The notes beneath the pieces were generated by a model. It ran no database searches and was not told where the DNA came from. It worked only from the letters and a program-made list of their open reading frames with translations. The position numbers and the translations under genes are program-made. Positions 35,052-48,635 of a stretch of 64,000 nucleotides of DNA are shown here, piece by piece. Positions within the stretch are counted from its first letter, which is position 1. Every line of letters starts with the position of its first letter. The stretch comes from Macrostomum lignano (Eukaryota). The stretch lies in NCBI GenBank assembly GCA_002269645.1, contig NIVC01001110.1:75919-139918 (forward strand), in the 5' to 3' direction.

Positions 35052-35487
35052 GTAGTAACGGCTTGTACTTTTATATTTGGATTGATTTAATAGCATTGAT
35101 AAGAAGGCACCAGACTCACCTGTTGCGGCGAAACTTTTCCCTAATCTATAAATCAAATCACTTGGCATCAAATTGGTGCTCAATATACATTTTGTTGCCA
35201 AGCGGAGCTAGGTGAAATTTGCTATAATTTAATGGCGGCCTAAATTGTGAGGAAATGTTGATTATGCTACTTACGAGTAATATAAACAGCGGCAGTACAA
35301 AACAATCTATTAGGTCAACCCGAATAAAAACTATTCCTCACATTTTAGGCCGCCGTCTTCTCTCTGTTACAGTACATTGTGCATGGTTTTTTGTTCGAAT
35401 GGCCCAACTGGTGAGTCTGAGTGCATTCGTATTATTGATGTTGTTTATTTCAGTCTTAGTTAAATCAGCAGATTCGCCATTAATTCC

Positions 35488-36030
35488 CTTTGAGTCATTT
35501 ACTATCTGAGCTTTTCCCATTGAGTTATTTACCATCTGAGAAATTCCCATTGAGTCACTGACCATCTGAGCAATTCCCATTGAGTCATTGACCACCTGAG
35601 CAATTCTCTTTGAGTCACTGACCACCTGAGCAATTCCCATTGAGTCACTGACCATCTGAGCAATTCCCATTGAGTCACTGACAATCTGAGCGATTCTCTT
35701 TGAGTCACTGACCACCTGAGCAATTCCCATTGAGTCACTGACCATCTGAGCAATTCCCTTTGAGTCACTGACCATCTGAGCGATTCTCTTTGAGTCACTG
35801 ACCATCTGAGCGATTCTCTTTGAGTCACTGACAATCTGAGTGATTCTCTTTGAGTCACTGACAATCTGAGTGATTCTCTTTGAGTCACTGACAATCTGAG
35901 CAATTCTCTTTGAGTCACTGAACATCTGAGCAATTCCCTTTGAGTCACTGACAATCTGAGCAATTCTCTTTGAGTCACTGACCATCTGAGCAATTCCCAT
36001 TGAGTCACTGACCATCTGAGCAATTCTCAT
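35488..36030 (+). repeat. 30-bp minisatellite (TGAGTCACTGACCATCTGAGCAATTCCCAT)n, 18 units, in DHX9 intron 3
   Basis: Gives the 10-aa periodic ORF AQMVSDSKRI. Confidence 0.96.
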
Positions 36031-36079
36031 TCCCATTAAGCCATCAGCTTTAACAATCCTGATCACAACCCGTTGGCAG

Positions 36080-36490
36080 AAGCTTCTCAGCCAAGATGAC
36101 AATCCAGTGCCGTCGAACAAACCGAAGCATCACGGCAGTTGAGCACGGCTCAAACAAGCAGACCGCTAGTAAAGCCTGCGCTTTATCCTTGGTTCGCCAG
36201 CTGTTCCACCTAGGCGACATCGAGGCCTACACTGGTCGGTCGAAAAAGAAGCGCGGCGAAGATGTGCCGGAATTGACGCTGCGCCTGGCGTCAGAGATTG
36301 AAGCCCAGCTAGATGGCCTGCTGCAGGACCTGCAGCTGAGACCGGTGGTCCGGCCGCCGAATCTAGATCAAGATGACGCTGGGGATGCTGCTGATGCGCA
36401 GTATCCGGGCGGATCCGATGCCGCCAATGGAGACGCGGGAGTCAGCCTGCTTATCAATTATCACGTGACCGACTTTGAACCCTCGCCTAA
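36080..36490 (+). CDS. DHX9: DHX9 exon 4 (dsRBD2 C-half)
   Basis: EHGSNKQTASKACALSLVRQLFHLG; phase 2 at both ends. Confidence 0.93.
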
Positions 36491-36563
36491 GTAAGATGGC
36501 ATCTTTTTGAGTTTTGATTCTTTTTTATTTTTTACACACATTTAAACCTATTAACTATCGCAG

Positions 36564-36705
36564 GCAGCGGTCCTGCACCCTGCCCTGGTCTCCGCCTGTG
36601 CCCAACTGGAACGCCTGGCAGTCCTGCAACATCGACGAAGGACCGGACGCGTTCGCCTCGTTGGAGGAGATCAGCCAGCGACTGGCTGAGCAGTTCGCTG
36701 CAGAG
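36564..36705 (+). CDS. DHX9: DHX9 exon 5
   Basis: [21 protein letters not shown]. Confidence 0.93.
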
Positions 36706-36713
36706 GTTGGTAT

Positions 36714-37100
<387 letters not shown>

Positions 37101-37127
37101 CAACCACACGCCTATGCCATCCCGCAG

Positions 37128-38002
37128 TCGGCCAATCCCGAGTACCAGCGCCTCCTAGCCGAACGCAACCAGCTGCCAGCCGCGGCGCACCGGGAGCAGC
37201 TCCTGGCCGCTGTACACGAAAACTCCGTCACACTGATCCGAGGCGAGACCGGCTCGGGCAAGACCACCCAGCTGCCGCAGTTCATCTTGGACGAGTATCT
37301 GTCTAGCGGCCGCGGTGCCCACTGCAACATCATCGTCACCCAGCCGCGCCGCATCTCCGCCATCAGCATCGCGGACCGAGTCGCGGCTGAACGCGCCGAG
37401 CCTCTCGGGATCTCCGTCGGCTACTCGGTCCGCTTCGAGACCGTGACGCCCCGGCCGTACGGGGCCCTACAATACGTCACAGTCGGCACCCTTCTGCGCC
37501 GGCTCGAAGGCGGCCTTCGCGGCGTTAGTCACGTGATCATCGACGAGATTCACGAGCGCGACGCTAACACGGACTTTGTCATGGCTATTATGCGCGATGT
37601 GATTAGGGCTAATCCGCAGCTTCGGTTGATTCTAATGTCCGCTACGGTTGACACCTCTCTGTTTACCGAATTCTTCAACCCCTGCGTCTGCATGCAAATC
37701 GACGGTCGGGTTCATCCGGTGCAAAGTTATTTTCTAGAGGACTGCATCGAAATGCTGAAATTTGTGCCGCCGCCGCCGATAAAACGAGGCAAAAGCGGCG
37801 GCAGAGGTCGCGCCGGCCAGGATGACGACGACGACGATGAAGACGGCGGAGGTGGCGGCGGCGTCGGCGGCGCGCCAGACGATCCCGCAGATGAAAACTG
37901 CAACCTCATCTGCTCGGATGAATATTCGGCCGAGACCAAGGCTGCCATGGCTAAAATGTCCGAACGGGAGACCAGCTTCGAATTGATTGAAGCTCTGCTC
38001 AG
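37128..38002 (+). CDS. DHX9: DHX9 exon 6 (RecA1 helicase domain)
   Basis: GETGSGKTTQ (motif I), TQPRRISA (Ia), DEIH (II), SAT (III). Confidence 0.97.
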
Positions 38003-38013
38003 GTGAGCTAATT

Positions 38014-39769
<1,756 letters not shown>

Positions 39770-39882
39770 GTATTACTGTACTGCTGCTTATTACTACGAG
39801 TGTTACAAATACTACTCACCCCGAATATCGAAAACACTTATAGAAATGCTAAAACTAACCCCTAAAACCTTTTTTCATCCAG

Positions 39883-40550
39883 GTACATCCAGACGCTGCC
39901 CGTATCGGGTGCAGTGCTCATCTTCTTGCCTGGCTGGAGCCTCATATTCTCACTAGCGCGCCACCTGCAGAACCATCCGGAATTCGGGAACGCCTCCTAC
40001 ACTATTCTGCCATTGCACTCGCAGATTCCTCGCGAAGATCAGCGCCGAGTATTTGAACCGGTGCCAGACGGCGTTACCAAGGTGATACTAAGCACCAACA
40101 TTGCCGAATCTTCCATCACTATCAACGATGTTGTATTTGTAATCGACTCGTGCAAAGCCAAGGTGAAGCTGTTCACCTCTAGGAACAACCTGACTCACTA
40201 CTGCACCGTCTGGGCCGCCAAGTCCAACCTGGAGCAGCGGCGCGGTCGGGCCGGTCGCACCAGGCCCGGCTTCTGCTTTCACCTGTGCTCCAGGGCTCGC
40301 CAGGAACGAATGGAAGCTCATGTCACTCCCGAACTGTTGCGCTCGCCCTTGCACGAACTGTCGCTGATGGGCAAACTGCTCCGGCTGGGACCCATACCGG
40401 AGTTCCTGGCTAAGACGCCGCAACCGCCGCCACTGGATGCCGTTATGGAGGCTGAGCACACTCTGCGGGAGATGCGTGCGCTGGACGCTAATGATGAGCT
40501 GACCCCGCTGGGGCGCCTGCTTGCTAGGCTGCCGCTTGAGCCGCGACTGG
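39883..40550 (+). CDS. DHX9: DHX9 exon 7 (RecA2 domain and start of HA2)
   Basis: VLIFLPGW (IV), [11 protein letters not shown] (V), QRRGRAGR (VI), [18 protein letters not shown]. Donor G|GTATGC. Confidence 0.97.
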
Positions 40551-40594
40551 GTATGCTGCTGGATCTCTTGACCTTCATGCTCAATTTGGGCTGC

Positions 40595-41112
40595 TAGCCT
40601 CCCCCCCCCCAAATACTCAGGCTGGGCTGCCACTCTCCCAGATCCTCAGTTGCAGGGCCAGCCTCACAGATCCTCGGTTGCTGGGCTGCCACCCTCCCAG
40701 ATCCTCAGTTGCTGGGCCAGCCTCACAGATCCTCATTTGCTGGGCTGCCACCCTCCCAGATCCTCAGTTGCTGAGCCACCCTCCCAGATCCTCATTTGCT
40801 GGGCTGTCACCCTCCCAGATCCTCAGTTGCTGAGCTGTCACCCTCCCAGATCCTCAGTTGCTGGGCTGTCACCCTCCCAAATCCTCAGTTGCAGGGCCAG
40901 CCTCACAGATCCTCATTTGCTGGGCTGCCACCCTCCCAGATACTCAGGCTGGGCTGTCACCCTCCCAGGTCCTCAGTTGCTGAGCCACCCTCCCAGCTAC
41001 TCAGGCTGGACTGCCTCCATCCCAGATCCTCAGTTGCTGGGCCAGCCTCCTAGATCCTCATTTGCTGGGCTGCCACCCTCCCAGATCCTCAGTTGCAGGG
41101 CCACAAGCCTCC
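40595..41112 (+). repeat. ~27-31-bp minisatellite with core CCACCCTCCCAGATCCTCAG in DHX9 intron 7
   Basis: Shares its 20-bp core with the 22440-23200 array. Confidence 0.92.
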
Positions 41113-42054
41113 CAAATGATATCTTAAATTATAGAACTTTTATAAGAATCCATTTTTTGGTTTCTTTTCAGCTGAGGTAGTCCAGTACGTTGAAGAATCT
41201 GACTAAATATTGTCTCCTGCACTTACAATGCAGGAGACGGCGTGGAATTCGGCATTGAAATTAGTATAGGCATAAAATATTAAATAATAATTAAAGCAAT
41301 ACTTTTGTATCTCAGGACAAATGAATAACATACAAGAAACGAAATGAATATTCATACGGACAAGAATATTTTGTAATCTCCCACAAAATTTTGGCAAGCC
41401 AGTTAAAAACTCGGTGATTTTTGTGGTTTTCAAGGTCGTGACTTTGCTAATTGGTGATGCCATACGACTGCTCGTAGAATGTCGCTTGCAACTTCTTTTA
41501 TCTCGATCAAAAATCTGGAGGAATGCGCATCATTGGTGCACACAAGCAGCTCTTTACAAGTGGCAAATAAGAGGGCAAATAGAGACAGTCAATCGATAGT
41601 GTAAGAGCTGCATATATGACGTCTAGTATTGCATAAATCTGTCACTCTAACAGCACTTGCCTCATTGAAGCATAGTACTTGTAGTTGACTTTAAAGATCT
41701 AAGGCAAGCTTGTCGAATAACTATGTTCAAAAAATTTTCGGATTTCAATACAGCACGAATGGTAGCAATCTCTTGCAAAGCCAACAACCCATGCCGTTGA
41801 AGACCGTGCTGAAATCGTGCTTGTTCTTTTCTTTTCTTTGATGAATCATCTGATATTGAGAACATTTTGCAACTTCAATAGTCGAGAATCAAGTTATTGC
41901 CGTCTGCGTTGCCGTATGAAGCATCATGTGGAAGTTCAATTTAATCATGGGATGAAGTTGCATTATTTTAGGCACAATTTATACGTGCATAAATATTATA
42001 GTAAAGTGTTAAACAAGTTACTACGACCGTATTTGAAGTAAAAAGTTAAGTTTG

Positions 42055-42350
42055 AGACTAAGTGCCACAGACCGCCACTGTAATTTTCGGCTCTTGCACT
42101 GCATTGACTTCGTGGCACTTACAGACCAGACTGCCACTGTAATTTTCGGCTCTTGCACTGCATTGACTTCGTGGCACTTACAGACCGCCTTTGTAATTTT
42201 CGGCTCTTGCACCGCACTGACTTCGTGGCACTTACAGACCAGACTGCCACTGTAATTTTCGACTCTTGCACTGCACTGACTTCGTGGCACTTACAGACCG
42301 CCTTTGTAATTTTCGGCTCTTGCACTGCACTGACTTCGTGGCACTTGCTC
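42055..42350 (+). repeat. Alternating 54/59-bp tandem repeat (GTAATTTTCGGCTCTTGCACTGCA.TGACTTCGTGGCACTTACAGACC...), about 5 units
   Basis: Direct reading. Confidence 0.9.
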
Positions 42351-44254
42351 CGTTTGTTTTTGAATGTACGAGATGTCGTAGATGTCGGCGTAGAGTTGCC
42401 GTGGCAATGGCAAGCTTCCAGTTGGTAGAGTCCAACTATTTGTTTGAAGTTGTCATGATTTTGGCAGTGTAAAGTCTTGCATGACTGAATTTTTTAAATA
42501 TTTATTCGGGGCACAGACCGAGTCAAATGGGGTTTATTGGTTGGCCTGACGCGTTGTCAATAACTCTGGTCGTCAGGGAGCCACTGCAAAGAAATCTCTT
42601 GTCTCTTTGTCGTGAACTGACGACTCCAACGCAAGGGTGGAGACGTGTCTCAGGACAGCTTGTGGTCGAAGTTGACGCCCACACTGTGATTCGTAAAGGT
42701 CCGAAAGAATATCCGCAGGAGGTCCATTATGTAAGGTCCGCGGCGTCTATGTATGCGGATCTTATCGTCAATGCGGACCTTAAACGTCCGAAAGGAAGGT
42801 CCTCAGAAGGTCCAAATTAAATGTCCGTGGCATCCTTGAAACGGAACTCTTGGTTTATTTCGTACTGCATTTTTTCATAATTGAACTGTAGGAGGAGTTT
42901 ATTTAATTATTGTTATAGCTACCGTGGGAGTTTTCAAAGAGTAAAAATACCCATTTTTGTAAAGATACATTCTTTTCGTTTTCATTTGCGAACGCTTTCC
43001 TGACAAAGGTTTTCTTAATTTAGTAAATGTGTTGGATGTGCTTTTTAAAAGAACAATTATATTTCGCCAAGCAACAAAAGATGCTTAAAAGTAATTGAAA
43101 GCAAGTACAAGGCAATACATTATACAGGCATTGAAATCAATTGAAATTAAAAGCAAGAAAAAAACAATGCATTATGCGGGCATTCAGAGTAGCTAAGTAT
43201 TAGTGACTGTGAAAAACCAATTATGAGGTAAAAAATGCACCGATAACATGTAACATTATATCATTAGCTATAATAAAGCATGTAAGGAACACTATATACA
43301 AAAAAATGCAATTAATAATGCATAAAAAACCAGACTGACAGCAAAAACAACGATTGACAAAAGATACCAGTTTATTCATTTACTTCTAAATAATTCTAAA
43401 TATCAATCATAATTCAAACAACTATTTTGGGATTGTGTAGAGGGGACATAAATACAACACCATCCAAAGAGCTATTTCGCTTTATATTGAATCCCCAGTT
43501 CTTTATGGATGTGATGTATTGTTAAGAAGTAAATGAATGATTGTAGAAATATTACTTAGTGTCAGCGAACTATGGGTACCAGCATCATCATTCAGCAACA
43601 AATAAAGCATGATTAGCGAAATGCAGTGAGCAAAGATATGGCATCACTGCGTGAATGAGTCTAAATTTCTTGCCACTGACATTGAACTTGATGAGGCATA
43701 GACTCAATCTAACGATGCATTCTATAAATATGGAGTTACATCCTAAAGAATGGTATGATTTATTGTGTGTCACTAATTTCTTTATGTTAGTTGATTGAAA
43801 AGAGCAAAATTAGCACTTAAAATCATCCATAATCCATAATACCCTTATCCGTTGGTTGGCCCTTCTAGAGTTCTAGGCTCTGAGCCTAGTTAAAAAATAT
43901 TTTATACTTTTTTGTTGAAGCCTTATTTAATAAGCCCTACAATATATGCTAGACACGTCTGCTTATGGTATTGAAATACGAAGGTTCATCACATTCAAGT
44001 TTCATCTTTTAGATTGGTCAAATACAGCTTTTAAGAAAATAAACAACTTGCAACGTTTAATGTAATGTATTAGCAAATCCTCCGGTGAAAAAGAACTAAA
44101 TTAGCTTGAGTTTATGTATTTTATTTATCATCACCCTATCATACGAGTATGAGTTCCATTGATTTTTGTTGAAGACTCATTCTGTGAGGTCCGAATTTTT
44201 TTATAAGGTCCGAAATTCCAATTCGGACCCCCGATGGCCGTTATTTATTTACAG

Positions 44255-44520
44255 TGCAGAATTTTCGGATAAAAGGCCTGCGGGAGCTGGTTGCCGTTGA
44301 TGCAGACGCGCAGTCGACGCGAGTACTCGCGCTGGTCCGGGCTGAAGAAAGTAGCCGTGCAGTTTGAAGTCCAGATCTGTAGTTTGCGCGACTCCAGGAA
44401 AGGTGCGAGTTCGGCTAGGTAGTCATTGAGCTGCTGTTCAATAGAGCTGCAGATTAGATCCAGATTGGCAACGGTAAGGTCATCCGCGTAGCGGCCGTAG
44501 CCGATCAGGTTAGTCTGACT
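44255..44520 (-). mobile_element. Non-LTR retrotransposon reverse-transcriptase fragment
   Basis: YADDLTV..IEQQLNDYLAELAPFLESRKLQI..TATFFSPD..INGNQLP..PKIL corresponds to RT domains 5-7. Truncated at both ends. Confidence 0.8.
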
Positions 44521-45340
44521 TTCGTCTGGCTTGCCGGTAAACTCGAGGTGCGAACTCGACTTACCTTTCGGCGAGTCTTGGAAAATTGTTTGCAATTCAC
44601 TATACCAGGGTCTATCTTCGTCACGGAACGTCGCTTCCTGCTGAATTGGACGCCTTGATGCCTTCGATACTCACAAAACTACAAAACAAAATTACAAAAC
44701 TGCGTCAATACTCACAAGACAACATGCAGCTGCAGCAGCCACAATACCAACAGCACTCCTCATGCGGACATTAAAATCCGTTAAATTTTGAAATACGAGT
44801 AATATATTTGAAGATGACATTATTTTAACAAAAAGGCCAAAAAGGTCTATCTATAATTTTTTCGGACACAAGCAGGTCTCAGCTATCTTCTCGACAGCCG
44901 ATAATTTGTCTAACAGTTTCGTAATTTCAATGGAATTCAATTTGCAATACTTCATTCGCAAGCGTCTGCATTAGCTTTGCCTCAGACGGAGTGGCGGTAG
45001 CAACTGCCAGCAGAATGATTTCGACCTTAATTGTTAAAACTTGAAGGCGCATTGAATCGAAAGTGCAAGGGAAAGTACACAAGTAAATAAGCACAAGGGC
45101 AAGTTTGTAATGGCCAAAATAACAGCGCACTGTAAATAAAGGATCAATTGATATAACAAACTAATATTGACGATAAACAAATCAAAACAAGCAGCAAACA
45201 ATCAACGTAAACGCCGTGCGCGTAGACAGTTTTGATTCATGCTCTTAACTTTGAACCATACATGATACTGAATATTCTATAAGGCTACTTAAGTACAGCA
45301 CTCTGGCAGGCATATCACTCCACTCTCTTGCACCTAACAG

Positions 45341-45807
45341 GACGCATGCTGCTACAGGGCTGCGCGCTTGGCTTAGCCCGACCGTGCGCCGCTGTCTGCG
45401 CAGCCGCTAGCGCCGGCGACGCGCTGGTTCTGGCGCCTGGCCAGCGCTGGCTAACCGGTCAGCAGCGCGGCCTGGCCCGGGGCACCAATTCTGATCACGT
45501 GGCCTGCCTAGTCGCCCTGCGAATGTTCGAATCGGCCTCCGCTGGCGGCCCCGGTCGAGCCGAATGGATGTGCGAGGAGCGCGGACTTAGCGCGCCAACG
45601 TTGCGCGCCACTCTGGAAGCGCGCAATCAATTGTTGGGCATTCTGCACTCGTCCGGTTTTGTTGGCGATCACGAGATTGACGGGCCCGAAGGTCCGGCAG
45701 CCGCTGATACAGTTGGCGGGGAAGGATTCGACGACTGGGGCGCTTTGGTCAGTCTGATCACTCTGGGCCTGAGTCCCAATGTCTGCTATCACAAGGAAAA
45801 GCGGAAG
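45341..45807 (+). CDS. DHX9: DHX9 exon 8 (HA2/OB-fold)
   Basis: GRMLLQGCALG...SDHVACL...LSPNVCYHKEKRK; phase 1 in, phase 0 out. Confidence 0.92.
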
Positions 45808-45954
45808 GTGCGCGCATATAATGAATTTATTTCCCCTTCAAAAACTGTACTTCGATCCCAGTGCGTATCTTCAAACTGTATCGAATCTTTACCGGTTTCA
45901 TGTCACCTATTCCAGATATTTATTGATTTATTTTTTCTCTGAATTCTCCAGCGC

Positions 45955-46205
45955 TTGTCTTACCCATCCCCTATCTTCCCCATTCACTATCTTCCCCATT
46001 CACTATCTTCCCAATGTCTTATCTTCCCTATTCACTATCTTCCCATCCACTATTTTTCCCATCCACTATTTTCCCCATCCACTATTTTCCGAATCGCTTA
46101 TCTTCCCCATCCACTATCTTCCGAATCGCTTATCTTCCCCATCCACTATCTTCCCAATCGCTTATCTTCCCCATTCACTGTCCTTTCTTCCCCACATTAT
46201 TCCTA
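45955..46205 (+). repeat. Degenerate C/T-rich short-unit tandem repeat (CACTATCTTCCCCAT-type) in DHX9 intron 8
   Basis: Direct reading. Confidence 0.85.
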
Positions 46206-46303
46206 TTTTCCATATCGGCCCATAAATCGTTAGCTTTTCCACCTCTGTACATCTCATATCGTAATAATTTTCATTTAATGCGGCCTTATCAAACAATGCG
46301 CAG

Positions 46304-47122
46304 GTAATAACAGCTGAAGGTCGCGCCGCGCTTGTCCACAAATCCTCCGTAGTGGCCAGCAATTTCCCCGATCTGCACTTCCCGTCGCCTCTATTTGTGT
46401 TCGGGGAGAAGCTGCGCACCAGGGCGGTGTCCTGCAAGCAGCTGTCCAACGTCACGCCGCTCCAATACCTTGTGTTCGGCGCTCGCAAAGCCGTCTGGAC
46501 TGGCGGCCGGGTCCTCCTAGACGATTGGATCGGCCTTCAGGTTGACTTCGATACGGCTGCCAAGCTGCTCAGCCTTCGGCCAGCCTTGGAGGCCCTGCTA
46601 GTGAAAGCCTGTCTGCAGCCCGAATCGGTGATTGCCACTACGGCGCCGGACGAGCGGGACAAACGGCTTAGCGATATGTTTCGCTCGTTGAGCCGCTTCA
46701 ATGCGGCCGAATGCGGCGTTGCTAGCGGCGTTGCTAGCGGCGTTGCTAGCGGCGGCAAAGAAAGCGAAGATCCTTCCGCTGTTACTGCTAGTAGTAGCGA
46801 TCAGTTAAATCAGCCGCCTTATAAGCGATTTAGACCTGCTGGCGGTCAGCTTCAGCAGCAGCAGCAGCAGCAGCAGCTGCAGTTTTCGCCTCGTGGACCG
46901 CCGCCTCCGCCAGGCGCTGTGATAGGCCGCGGCTGGACGCCTCAGCCGACGAGTCAACAGCAGCGACAGCCGGGCTTCTTCGGCGGAGCCGGCGGCCGCT
47001 TCGGCAGCCCGCTGCCGCAGTACCAACAGCGGCAGCCACGTTTCGGCGGCGGCTTCGGCCGTGGCGGTGGCTTCGGCCGTGGCGGCGGCTTCGGTCGTCC
47101 GCCTTATTATGGTCCCAGATGA
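46304..47122 (+). CDS. DHX9: DHX9 exon 9 (OB-fold end, polyQ and RGG tail)
   Basis: VITAEGRAALVHKSSV...FFVFGEK-like segment..RAVSCKQLSNVTPLQYLVFG...DDWI; ends GRGGGFGRGGGFGRPPYYGPR*. Spliced CDS is 3981 nt, divisible by 3. Confidence 0.95.
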   Translation, partial: VITAEGRAALVHKSSVVASNFPDLHFPSPLFVFGEKLRTRAVSCKQLSNVTPLQYLVFGARKAVWTGGRVLLDDWIGLQVDFDTAAKLLSLRPALEALLVKACLQPESVIATTAPDERDKRLSDMFRSLSRFNAAECGVASGVASGVASGGKESEDPSAVTASSSDQLNQPPYKRFRPAGGQLQQQQQQQQLQFSPRGPPPPPGAVIGRGWTPQPTSQQQRQPGFFGGAGGRFGSPLPQYQQRQPRFGGGFGRGGGFGRGGGFGRPPYYGPR

Positions 47123-47470
47123 TGATGAGGATAGCGAATTTGCATATATCATCCACGAGCTGCTGCTGATAATGGTGATGATGGTGATAATGATGAGAAT
47201 TATTATGATTGGGATTATAATGATGATAATAATGATGATTATGATGATAATGATGATGATTGTGATTATAATGATGATAATAATGATTATGATGATAATG
47301 ATGGTAATAAAAATAATAATGATGATAATGGGGATTATGATGAAGATGATAATAACGATAGTAATGATGATGATAACGATGATAATGATGATGATCGTGA
47401 TGATTATTATGATGATGATAGTGATTATAATGATTGTTATTATTATTATTTATTATTAAAGTAATATTGA
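47118..47470 (+). repeat. (GAT/AAT/TAT)n trinucleotide-rich tract in the DHX9 3' UTR
   Basis: Starts at the stop codon; source of the His-rich and Met/Ile-rich artefact ORFs. Confidence 0.93.
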
Positions 47471-48337
47471 TAGCAATAATAATATCTATAGGGTCTGATA
47501 ACCACAAGAATGCCCGTAATAATAACTATACGTCGTAAACTTAACTCAGTTTATTTAATAGTATATTAATAGTACAAATACTGTCGTATTTTATTCTCGC
47601 AGTCATTTCTACCATGCTACCAGGATGCAAATATTAGCGTTAGAAGGTGGATGACGCTGGGATGCTGAAAGTAAAAAACAATTTTGAATAGTTTTGTGTG
47701 CGTTGAATCCGCTGCATTTTGGACGTACTTTTAAAATCGTACGATGCTGTTTTCTTAGAAAATTAACTTAATAGTTTGTTATAATAAATATAAGGCCGTA
47801 TTCGTTTATCAAGCGGAAATAGCTGTCCGTTTTTTGTCGATTTTTTTTACATTTTATTCAAACTTTAGGCAGCATTATTAAAGACAGGTTTAGTTGGCTA
47901 GGCTTTCAAAGTCTGACAGTTTTCACCGCTGAATATTTTTACTTTTGCACCGGAGCTGGGCGAATCTGGTTAAACCTTTTTCTCTGTATATAGATCCTGC
48001 AGCTGGCCTGATGCGGAACAATTCTTGAATTAGGATTTCAGGTGGATCGTTAGCTGGTAGATTTTCTGGGAGATCTGTGTTCCCTCCCGCCTCCGCCAGG
48101 AGTGTCATTCATCACGCGCCTGTCTGGCCGGGGCGGACCTCCCGCTGACAAGCTGCAGCGGGTAGGAGGAAAGCCTATGGGGGGATTAAGGGATTAAGGA
48201 GGCCGCTATTTCGAATCGCACTATTTTTTAGAGACATTCACCGCCACACTGTGTGGGCAGTTTAAAGTTTCCAGTGCTTACAAGGGGTAGAGATCTTGTG
48301 CGATGGGTGTCACAGGGATGGCCATGATCCAGAACTT

Positions 48338-48635
48338 GGGGTTGTAGGCTTTTGGTTAGAGCGTCGGGCTCAACTGGCAGGTCGGGGGTTCGATTCCCGG
48401 AACCACTCGGAACAATTTGTGTCCTTGAGCAAGACACTTAACTCTGCATTGCTTCAGTTCACCGAGCTGTAAAATGGGTGCCAGCATTAGCTGGGGTAAT
48501 TGAGGCTGTGTGTGGCGACCCCTTTAGACTGAACAGCCGTACGCAGCCTTCAGATGCACCGCGCAATAGCTGCGGCTGAGCTGTCGGTTGCACATCTGTC
48601 CATCAGGGCAGGTAAAATTAATTATTATTATTAAC
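48338..48635 (+). mobile_element. tRNA-derived CORE-type SINE
   Basis: A-box-like TAGGC..TGGTTAGAGCG and B-box GGTTCGATTCC (~48388). TGTGTCCTTGAGCAAGACACTTAAC...CAGTTCACCGAGCTGTAAAATGGG (48418-48479) resembles the MIR CORE consensus. (TTA)n tail. Confidence 0.82.

Noticed and set aside
46830-47507. 225-aa His-rich minus-strand ORF
   Set aside because: Antisense reading of the DHX9 tail plus the (GAT)n 3' UTR tract.
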